Positions 1-10,644 of a stretch of 64,000 bases of DNA are shown here, piece by piece (within the stretch, counting starts at the first letter, position 1; every line of letters starts with the position of its first letter). Both the position numbers and the translations under genes were made by a program. Source of the stretch: Auanema rhodensis. Its lineage: Eukaryota > Animalia > Nematoda. The DNA lies in assembly GCA_964057225.1 (NCBI GenBank), contig OZ059895.1, forward strand, positions 22,816,001 to 22,880,000. Reading direction: 5' to 3'. Below the pieces are notes generated by a model, which was not told the origin of the DNA, searched no databases, and saw nothing but the letters and a program-made list of their open reading frames with translations.

Positions 1-33
1 AGAAATCTAAAAACATCTACTTTTTGCTAAATT

Positions 34-68
34 ATTTTGAAATTTTTCGAAAAAATTTTTGTCAAAAT
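34..68. other. AT-rich dyad centred on the 12-bp palindrome TTTTTCGAAAAA
   Basis: 43-54 is the palindrome TTTTTCGAAAAA, flanked by ATTTTGA (34-40) and its reverse complement TCAAAAT (62-68). Confidence 0.85.
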
Positions 69-81
69 GTTTTTGGAAGCA

Positions 82-109
82 ATGTTGAGTGTACATGGAA
101 ACTCAACAT
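82..109. other. Perfect 9-bp inverted repeat with 10-nt loop in every monomer
   Basis: ATGTTGAGT (82-90) - GTACATGGAA - ACTCAACAT (101-109). Confidence 0.9.
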
Positions 110-183
110 ACACTAATGCATCATTTTTCAAACAATCATAACTAATTTTTGTATTAAGCGTTTCTCAATGTAGTATAGTGCAT

Positions 184-250
184 TCGATGCAGATTTTTAA
201 GCTGCGTCGATCTGTGTTATCAGATTTGCGCTAGCTTAAAAATGCACCGA
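184..250. other. Long imperfect inverted repeat (hairpin/cruciform potential) in every monomer
   Basis: ATTTTTAAGCT (193-203) is the exact reverse complement of AGCTTAAAAAT (233-243). Inner pairs are GCG/CGC and ATCTG (210-214)/CAGAT (221-225) around a 6-nt loop. Outer TCGATGC (184-190) pairs 6/7 with GCACCGA (244-250). Confidence 0.9.
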
Positions 251-3200
251 GATATCAACTGATATATGTTCACACTTATATCCTCGATTTTCACCCTGAA
301 GAATTAATTTTTTCGTTGAATAACAATGTCCATCGTCTTTGCCTTGAAAAAAGGAATCTAAAAACATCTACTTTTTGCTAAATTATTTTGAAATTTTTCG
401 AAAAAATTTTTGTCAAAATGTTTTTGGAAGCAATGTTGAGTGTACATGGAAACTCAACATACACTAATGCATCATTTTTCAAACGATCATAACTAATTTT
501 TGTATTAAGCAATTCTCAATGTAGTATAGTGCATTCGATGCGGATTTTTAAGCTGCGTCGATCTGTGTTATCAGATTTGCGCTAGCTTAAAAATGCACCG
601 AGATATCAACTGATATATGTTCACACTTATATCCTCGATTTTCACCCTGAAGAATTAATTTTTTCGTTGAATAACAATGTTCATCGTCTTTGCCTTGAAA
701 AAAGGAATCTAAAAACATCTACTTTTTGCTAAATTATTTTGAAATTTTTCGAAAAAATTTTTGTCAAAATGTTTTTGGAAGCAATGTTGAGTGTACATGG
801 AAACTCAACATACACTAATGCATCATTTTTCAAACGATCATAACTAATTTTTGTATTAAGCGTTTCTCAATGTAGTATAGTGCATTCGATGCGGATTTTT
901 AAGCTGCGTCGATCTGTGTTATCAGATTTGCGCTAGCTTAAAAATGCACCGAGATATCAACTGATATAAGTTCACACTTATATCCTCGATTTTCACCCTG
1001 AAGAATTAATTTTTTCGTTGAATAACAATGTCCATCGTCTTTGCCTTGAAAAAAGAAATCTAAAAACATCTACTTTTTGCTAAATTATTTTGAAATTTTT
1101 CGAAAAAATTTTTGTCAAAATGTTTTTGGAAGCAATGTTGAGTGTACATGGAAACTCAACATACACTAATGCATCATTTTTCAAACGATCATAACTAATT
1201 TTTGTATTAAGCGTTTCTCAATGTAGTATAGTGCATTCGATGCGGATTTTTAAGCTGCGTCGATCTGTGTTATCAGATTTGCGCTAGCTTAAAAATGCAC
1301 CGAGATATCAACTGATATAAGTTCACACTTATATCCTCGATTTTCACCCTGAAGAATTAATTTTTTCGTTGAATAACAATGTCCATCGTCTTTGCCTTGA
1401 AAAAAGAAATCTAAAAACATCTACTTTTTGCTAAATTATTTTGAAATTTTTCGAAAAAATTTTTGTCAAAATGTTTTTGGAAGCAATGTTGAGTGTACAT
1501 GGAAACTCAACATACACTAATGCATCATTTTTCAAACGATCATAACTAATTTTTGTATTAAGCGTTTCTCAATGTAGTATAATGCATTCGATGCGGATTT
1601 TTAAGCTGCAATGATCTGTGTTATCAGATTTGCGCTAGCTTAAAAATGCACCGAGATATCAACTGATATATGTTCACACTTATCTCCTCAATTTTCACCC
1701 TGAAGAATTAATTTTTTCGTTGAATAACAATGTCCATCGTCTTTGCCTTGAAAAAAGGAATCTAAAAACATCTACTTTTTGCTAAATTATTTTGAAATTT
1801 TTCGAAAAAATTTTTGTCAAAATGTTTTTGGAAGCAATGTTGAGTGTACATGGAAACTCAACATACACTAATGCATCATTTTTCAAACGATCATAACTAA
1901 TTTTTGTATTAAGCGTTTCTCAATGTAGTATAGTGCATTCGATGCAGATTTTTAAGCTGCGTCGTTCTGTGTTATCAGATTTGCGCTAGCTTAAAAATGC
2001 ACCGAGATATCAACTGATATAAGTTCACACTTATATCCTCGATTTTCACCCTGAAGAATTAATTTTTTCGTTGAATAACAATGTCCATCGTCTTTGCCTT
2101 GAAAAAAGAAATCTAAAAACATCTACTTTTTGCTAAATTATTTTGAAATTTTTCGAAAAAATTTTTGTCAAAATGTTTTTGGAAGCAATGTTGAGTGTAC
2201 ATGGAAACTCAACATACACTAATGCATCATTTTTCAAACGATCATAACTAATTTTTGTATTAAGCGTTTCTCAATGTAGTATAGTGCATTCGATGCGGAT
2301 TTTTAAGCTGCGTCGATCTGTGATATCAGATTTGCGCTAGCTTAAAAATGCACCGAGATATCAACTGATATAAGTTCACACTTATATCCTCGATTTTCAC
2401 CCTGAAGAATTAATTTTTTCGTTGAATAACAATGTCCATCGTCTTTGCCTTGAAAAAAGAAATCTAAAAACATCTACTTTTTGCTAAATTATTTTGAAAT
2501 TTTTCGAAAAAATTTTTGTCAAAATGTTTTTGGAAGCAATGTTGAGTGTACATGGAAACTCAACATACACTAATGCATCATTTTTCAAACGATCATAACT
2601 AATTTTTGTATTAAGCGTTTCTCCATGTAGTATAGTGCATTCGATGCGGATTTTTAAGCTGCGTCGATCTGTGTTATCAGATTTGCGCTAGCTTAAAAAT
2701 GCACCGAGATATCAACTGATATAAGTTCACACTTAGATCCTCGATTTTCACCCTGAAGAATTAATTTTTTTGTTGAATAACAATGTCCATCGTCTTTGCC
2801 TTGAAAAAACAAATCTAAAAACATCTACTTTTTGCTAAATTATTTTGAAATTTTTCGAAAAAATTTTTGTCAAAATGTTTTTGGAAGCAATGTTGAGTGT
2901 ACATGGAAACTCAACATACACTAATGCATCATTTTTCAAACGATCATAACTAATTTTTATATTAAGCGTTTCTCAATGTAGTATAGTGCATTCGATGCGG
3001 ATTTTTAAGCTGCGTCGATCTGTGTTATCAGATTTGCGCTAGCTTAAAAATGCACCGAGATATCAACTGATATAAGTTCACACTTAGATCCTCGATTTTC
3101 ACCCTGAAGAATTAATTTTTTTGTTGAATAACAATGTCCATCGTCTTTGCCTTGAAAAAACAAATCTAAAAACATCTACTTTTTGCTAAATTATTTTGAA

Positions 3201-4512
3201 ATTTTTCGAAAAAATTTTTGTCAAAATGTTTTTGGAAGCAATGTTGAGTGTACATGGAAACTCAACATACACTAATGCATCATTTTTCAAACGATCATAA
3301 CTAATTTTTGTATTAAGCGTTTCTCAATGTAGTATAGTGCATTCGATGCGGATTTTTAAGCTGCGTCGATCTGTTTTATCAGATTTGCGCTAGCTTAAAA
3401 ATGCACCGAGATATCAACTGATATAAGTTCCCACTTATATCCTCGATTTTCACCCTGAAGAATCAATTTTTTCGTTGAATAACAATGTCCATCGTCTTTG
3501 CCTTGAAAAAAGGAATCTAAAAACATCTACTTTTTGCTAAATTATTTTGAAATTTTTCGAAAAAATTTTTGTCAAAATGTTTTTGGAAGCAATGTTGAGT
3601 GTACATGGAAACTCAACATACACTAATGCATCATTTTCCAAACGATCATAACTAATTTTTGTATTAAGCGTTTCTCAATGTAGCATAGTGCATTCGATGC
3701 GGATTTTTAAGCTGCATCGATCTGTGTTATCAGATTTGCGCTAGCTTAAAAATGCACCTAGATATCAACTGATATAAGTTCACACTTATATCCTCGATTT
3801 TCACCCTGAAGAATTAATTTTTTCGTTGAATAACAATGTCCATCGTCTTTGCCTTGAAAAAAGAAATCTAAAAACATCTACTTTTTGCTAAATTATTTTG
3901 AAATTTTTCGAAAAAATTTTTGTCAAAATGTTTTTGGAAGCAATGTTGAGTGTACATGGAAACTCAACATACACTAATGCATCATTTTTCAAACGATCAT
4001 AACTAATTTTTATATTAAGCGTTTCTCAATGTAGTATAGTGCATTCGATGCGGATTTTTAAGCTGCGTCGATCTGTGTTATCAGATTTGCGCTAGCTTAA
4101 AAATGCACCGAGATATCAACTGATATAAGTTCACACTTAGATCCTCGATTTTCACCCTGAAGAATTAATTTTTTTGTTGAATAACAATGTCCATCGTCTT
4201 TGCCTTGAAAAAACAAATCTAAAAACAACTACTTTTCGCTAAATTATTTTGAAATTTTTCGAAAAAATTTTTGTCAAAATGTTTTTGGAAGCAATGTTGA
4301 GTGTACATGGAAACTCAACATACACTAATGCATCATTTTTCAAACGATCATAACTAATTTTTGTATTAAGCGTTTCTCAATGTAGTATAGTGCATTCGAT
4401 GCGGATTTTTAAGCTGCGTCGATCTGTTTTATCAGATTTGCGCTAGCTTAAAAATGCACCGAGATATCAACTGATATAAGTTCCCACTTATATCCTCGAT
4501 TTTCACCCTGAA

Positions 4513-4526
4513 GAATTATTTTTGTC
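4513..4526. repeat. 100-bp deletion junction 1 (monomer position 305 joined to position 55 of the next monomer)
   Basis: Reads GAATTATTTTTGTC; the second following monomer start is at 4815 instead of 4915. Confidence 0.95.
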
Positions 4527-7500
4527 AAAATGTTTTTGGAAGCAATGTTGAGTGTACATGGAAACTCAACATACACTAATGCATCATTTTTCAAACGATC
4601 ATAACTAATTTTTGTATTAAGCGTTTCTCCATGTAGTATAGTGCATTCGATGCGGATTTTTAAGCTGCGTCGATCTGTGTTATCAGATTTGCGCTAGCTT
4701 AAAAATGCACCGAGATATCAACTGATATAAGTTCACACTTATATCCTCGATTTTCACCCTGAAGAATTAATTTTTTCGTTGAATAACATTGTCCATCGTC
4801 TTTGCCTTGAAAAAAGGAATCTAAAAACATCTACTTTTTGCTAAATTATTTTGAAATTTTTCGAAAAAATTTTTGTCAAAATGTTTTTGGAAGCAATGTT
4901 GAGTGTACATGGAAACTCAACATACACTAATGCATCATTTTTCAAACGATCATAACTAATTTTTGTATTAAGCGTTTCTCAATGTAGTATAGTGCATTCG
5001 ATGCGGATTTTTAAGCTGCGTCGATCTGTGTTATCAGATTTGCGCTAGCTTAAAAATGCACCGAGATATCAACTGATATATGTTCACACTTATATCCTCG
5101 ATTTTCACCCTGAAGAATTAATTTTTTCGTTGAATAACAATGTCCATCGTCTTTGCCTTGAAAAAAGGAATCTAAAAACATCTACTTTTTGCTAAATTAT
5201 TTTGAAATTTTTCGAAAAAATTTTTGTCAAAATGTTTTTGGAAGCAATGTTGAGTGTACATGGAAACTCAACATACACTAATGCATCATTTTTCAAACGA
5301 TCATAACTAATTTTTGTATTAAGCGTTTCTCCATGTAGTATAGTGCATTCGATGCGGATTTTTAAGCTGCGTCGATCTGTGTTATCAGATTTGCGCTAGC
5401 TTAAAAATGCACCGAGATATCAACTGATATAAGTTCACACTTATATCCTCGATTTTCACCCTGAAGAATTAATTTTTTCGTTGAATAACATTGTCCATCG
5501 TCTTTGCCTTGAAAAAAGAAATCTAAAAACATCTACTTTTTGCTAAATTATTTTGAAATTTTTCGAAAAAATTTTTGTCAAAATGTTTTTGGAAGCAATG
5601 TTGAGTGTACATGGAAACTCAACATACACTAATGCATCATTTTTCAAACGATCATAACTAATTTTTGTATTAAGCGTTTCTCAATGTAGTATAGTGCATT
5701 CGATGCGGATTTTTAAGCTGCGTCGATCTGTGTTATCAGATTTGCGCTAGCTTAAAAATGCACCGAGATATCAACTGATATAAGTTCACACTTATATCCT
5801 CGATTTTCACCCTGAAGAATCAATTTTTTCGTTGAATAACATTGTCCATCGTCTTTGCCTTGAAAAAAGGAATCTAAAAACATCTACTTTTTGCTAAATT
5901 ATTTTGAAATTTTTCGAAAAAATTTTTGTCAAAATGTTTTTGGAAGCAATGTTGAGTGTACATGGAAACTCAACATACACTAATGCATCATTTTTCAAAC
6001 GATCATAACTAATTTTTGTATTAAGCGTTTCTCCATGTAGTATAGTGCATTCGATGCGGATTTTTAAGCTGCGTCGATCTGTGTTATCAGATTTGCGCTA
6101 GCTTAAAAATGCACCGAGATATCAACTGATATATGTTCACACTTATATCCTCGATTTTCACCCTGAAGAATTAATTTTTTCGTTGAATAACATTGTCCAT
6201 CGTCTTTGCCTTGAAAAAAGGAATCTAAAAACATCTACTTTTTGCTAAATTATTTTGAAATTTTTCGAAAAAATTTTTGTCAAAATGTTTTTGGAAGCAA
6301 TGTTGAGTGTACATGGAAACTCAACATACACTAATGCATCATTTTTCAAACGATCATAACTAATTTTTGTATTAAGCGTTTCTCAATGTAGTATAGTGCA
6401 TTCGATGCAGATTTTTAAGCTGCGTCGATCTGTGTTATCAGATTTGCGCTAGCTTAAAAATGCACCGAGATATCAACTGATATAAGTTCACACTTATATC
6501 CTCGATTTTCACCCCGAAGAATCAATTTTTTCGTTGAATAACATTGTCCATCGTCTTTGCCTTGAAAAAAGGAATCTAAAAACATCTACTTTTTGCTAAA
6601 TTATTTTGAAATTTTTCGAAAAAATTTTTGTCAAAATGTTTTTGGAAGCAATGTTGAGTGTACATGGAAACTCAACATACACTAATGCATCATTTTTCAA
6701 ACGATCATAACTAATTTTTGTATTAAGCGTTTCTCCATGTAGTATAGTGCATTCGATGCGGATTTTTAAGCTGCGTCGATCTGTGTTATCAGATTTGCGC
6801 TAGCTTAAAAATGCACCGAGATATCAACTGATATAAGTTCACACTTATATCCTCGATTTTCACCCTGAAGAATTAATTTTTTCGTTGAATAACATTGTCC
6901 ATCGTCTTTGCCTTGAAAAAAGGAATCTAAAAACATCTACTTTTTGCTAAATTATTTTGAAATTTTTCGAAAAAATTTTTGTCAAAATGTTTTTGGAAGC
7001 AATGTTGAGTGTACATGGAAACTCAACATACACTAATGCATCATTTTTCAAACGATCATAACTAATTTTTGTATTAAGCGTTTCTCAATGTAGTATAGTG
7101 CATTCGATGCGGATTTTTAAGCTGCGTCGATCTGTGTTATCAGATTTGCGCTAGCTTAAAAATGCACCGAGATATCAACTGATATATGTTCACACTTATA
7201 TCCTCGATTTTCACCCTGAAGAATTAATTTTTTCGTTGAATAACAATGTCCATCGTCTTTGCCTTGAAAAAAGGAATCTAAAAACATCTACTTTTTGCTA
7301 AATTATTTCGAAATTTTTCGAAAAAATTTTTGTCAAAATGTTTTTGGAAGCAATGTTGAGTGTACATGGAAACTCAACATACACTAATGCATCATTTTTC
7401 AAACGATCATAACTAATTTTTGTATTAAGCGTTTCTCCATGTAGTATAGTGCATTCGATGCGGATTTTTAAGCTGCGTCGATCTGTGTTATCAGATTTGC

Positions 7501-8975
7501 GCTAGCTTAAAAATGCACCGAGATATCAACTGATATAAGTTCACACTTATATCCTCGATTTTCACCCTGAAGAATTAATTTTTTCGTTGAATAACATTGT
7601 CCATCGTCTTTGCCTTGAAAAAAGGAATCTAAAAACATCTACTTTTTGCTAAATTATTTTGAAATTTTTCGAAAAAATTTTTGTCAAAATGTTTTTGGAA
7701 GCAATGTTGAGTGTACATGGAAACTCAACATACACTAAGGCATCATTTTTCAAACGATCATAACTAATTTTTGTATTAAGCGTTTCTCAATGTAGTATAG
7801 TGCATTCGATGCAGATTTTTAAGCTGCGTCGATCTGTGTTATCAGATTTGCGCTAGCTTAAAAATGCACCGAGATATCAACTGATATAAGTTCACACTTA
7901 TATCCTCGATTTTCACCCTGAAGAATTAATTTTTTCGTTGAATAACATTGTCCATCGTCTTTGCCTTGAAAAAAGGAATCTAAAAACATCTACTTTTTGC
8001 TAAATTATTTTGAAATTTTTCGAAAAAATTTTTGTCAAAATGTTTTTGGAAGCAATGTTGAGTGTACATGGAAACTCAACATACACTAATGCATCATTTT
8101 TCAAACGATCATAACTAATTTTTGTATTAAGCGTTTCTCCATGTAGTATAGTGCATTCGATGCGGATTTTTAAGCTGCGTCGATCTGTGTTATCAGATTT
8201 GCGCTAGCTTAAAAATGCACCGAGATATCAACTGATATAAGTTCACACTTATATCCTCGATTTTCACCCTGAAGAATTAATTTTTTCGTTGAATAACAAT
8301 GTCCATCGTCTTTGCCTTGAAAAAAGAAATCTAAAAACATCTACTTTTTGCTAAATTATTTTGAAATTTTTCGAAAAAATTTTTGTCAAAATGTTTTTGG
8401 AAGCAATGTTGAGTGTACATGGAAACTCAACATACACTAATGCATCATTTTTCAAACGATCATAACTAATTTTTATATTAAGCGTTTCTCAATGTAGTAT
8501 AGTGCATTCGATGCGGATTTTTAAGCTGCGTCGATCTGTGTTATCAGATTTGCGCTAGCTTAAAAATGCACCGAGATATCAACTGATATAAGTTCACACT
8601 TAGATCCTCGATTTTCACCCTGAAGAATTAATTTTTTTGTTGAATAACAATGTCCATCGTCTTTGCCTTGAAAAAACAAATCTAAAAACAACTACTTTTC
8701 GCTAAATTATTTTGAAATTTTTCGAAAAAATTTTTGTCAAAATGTTTTTGGAAGCAATGTTGAGTGTACATGGAAACTCAACATACACTAATGCATCATT
8801 TTTCAAACGATCATAACTAATTTTTGTATTAAGCGTTTCTCAATGTAGTATAGTGCATTCGATGCGGATTTTTAAGCTGCGTCGATCTGTTTTATCAGAT
8901 TTGCGCTAGCTTAAAAATGCACCGAGATATCAACTGATATAAGTTCCCACTTATATCCTCGATTTTCACCCTGAA

Positions 8976-8989
8976 GAATTATTTTTGTC
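8976..8989. repeat. 100-bp deletion junction 2
   Basis: Same junction sequence; 4463 bp (13x351-100) from junction 1. Confidence 0.95.
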
Positions 8990-10630
8990 AAAATGTTTTT
9001 GGAAGCAATGTTGAGTGTACATGGAAACTCAACATACACTAATGCATCATTTTTCAAACGATCATAACTAATTTTTGTATTAAGCGTTTCTCCATGTAGT
9101 ATAGTGCATTCGATGCGGATTTTTAAGCTGCGTCGATCTGTGTTATCAGATTTGCGCTAGCTTAAAAATGCACCGAGATATCAACTGATATAAGTTCACA
9201 CTTATATCCTCGATTTTCACCCTGAAGAATTAATTTTTTCGTTGAATAACATTGTCCATCGTCTTTGCCTTGAAAAAAGGAATCTAAAAACATCTACTTT
9301 TTGCTAAATTATTTTGAAATTTTTCGAAAAAATTTTTGTCAAAATGTTTTTGGAAGCAATGTTGAGTGTACATGGAAACTCAACATACACTAATGCATCA
9401 TTTTTCAAACGATCATAACTAATTTTTGTATTAAGCGTTTCTCAATGTAGTATAGTGCATTCGATGCGGATTTTTAAGCTGCGTCGATCTGTGTTATCAG
9501 ATTTGCGCTAGCTTAAAAATGCACCGAGATATCAACTGATATATGTTCACACTTATATCCTCGATTTTCACCCTGAAGAATTAATTTTTTTGTTGAATAA
9601 CAATGTCCATCGTCTTTGCCTTGAAAAAAGGAATCTAAAAACATCTACTTTTTGCTAAATTATTTTGAAATTTTTCGAAAAAATTTTTGTCAAAATGTTT
9701 TTGGAAGCAATGTTGAGTGTACATGGAAACTCAACATACACTAATGCATCATTTTTCAAACGATCATAACTAATTTTTGTATTAAGCGTTTCTCCATGTA
9801 GTATAGTGCATTCGATGCGGATTTTTAAGCTGCGTCGATCTGTGTTATCAGATTTGCGCTAGCTTAAAAATGCACCGAGATATCAACTGATATAAGTTCA
9901 CACTTATATCCTCGATTTTCACCCTGAAGAATTAATTTTTTCGTTGAATAACATTGTCCATCGTCTTTGCCTTGAAAAAAGAAATCTAAAAACATCTACT
10001 TTTTGCTAATTTATTTTGAAATTTTTCGAAAAAATTTTTGTCAAAATGTTTTTGGAAGCAATGTTGAGTGTACATGGAAACTCAACATACACTAATGCAT
10101 CATTTTTCAAACGATCATAACTAATTTTTGTATTAAGCGTTTCTCCATGTAGTATAGTGCATTCGATGCGGATTTTTAAGCTGCGTCGATCTGTGTTATC
10201 AGATTTGCGCTAGCTTAAAAATGCACCGAGATATCAACTGATATAAGTTCACACTTATATCCTCGATTTTCACCCTGAAGAATTAATTTTTTCGTTGAAT
10301 AACATTGTCCATCGTCTTTGCCTTGAAAAAAGGAATCTAAAAACATCTACTTTTTGCTAAATTATTTTGAAATTTTTCGAAAAAATTTTTGTCAAAATGT
10401 TTTTGGAAGCAATGTTGAGTGTACATGGAAACTCAACATACACTAATGCATCATTTTTCAAACGATCATAACTAATTTTTGTATTAAGCGTTTCTCAATG
10501 TAGTATAGTGCATTCGATGCGGATTTTTAAGCTGCGTCGATCTGTTTTATCAGATTTGCGCTAGCTTAAAAATGCACCGAGATATCAACTGATATAAGTT
10601 CCCACTTATATCCTCGATTTTCACCCTGAA

Positions 10631-10644
10631 GAATTATTTTTGTC
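10631..10644. repeat. 100-bp deletion junction 3
   Basis: Same junction; 1655 bp (5x351-100) from junction 2. Confidence 0.95.

Larger units (their letters stand above)
1..351. repeat. Representative full-length monomer (arbitrary phase)
   Basis: Positions 1-351 match 352-702 except for a few substitutions. Common polymorphic monomer positions: 3 (A/G), 117 (T/G), 167 (A/C), 191 (G/A), 267 (A/T), 305 (T/C), 326 (A/T). Confidence 0.98.

Noticed and set aside
311-327. CENP-B box-like TTTCGTTGAA
   Set aside because: It matches only the TTCG and A of the nTTCGnnnnAnnCGGGn core (5 of 9) and lacks CGGG, so it is likely chance.
1-351. Monomer length is a multiple of 3 (117 codons), suggesting a repeat-protein CDS
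   Set aside because: All six frames have stops in each full monomer. Plus strand: TAA at 28-30, 8-10 and 114-116. Minus strand: stops at plus-strand CTA 7-9, CTA 27-29 and TTA 32-34.
1-351. Tandem 5S rRNA, tRNA, snRNA or spliced-leader gene array
   Set aside because: No recognisable 5S or tRNA sequence, cloverleaf or Pol III A/B boxes, and the sequence is very AT-rich. An Rfam/Infernal scan would be the definitive check.
1-351. Monomer as an ancient dimer of about 175-bp subunits
   Set aside because: No convincing direct similarity between the two halves by eye.
1-351. Assignment to a known satellite family (e.g. Drosophila 359-bp/1.688 or Tribolium 340-360-bp satellites)
   Set aside because: Only length and AT content are similar; I cannot confirm any sequence homology without a database search.
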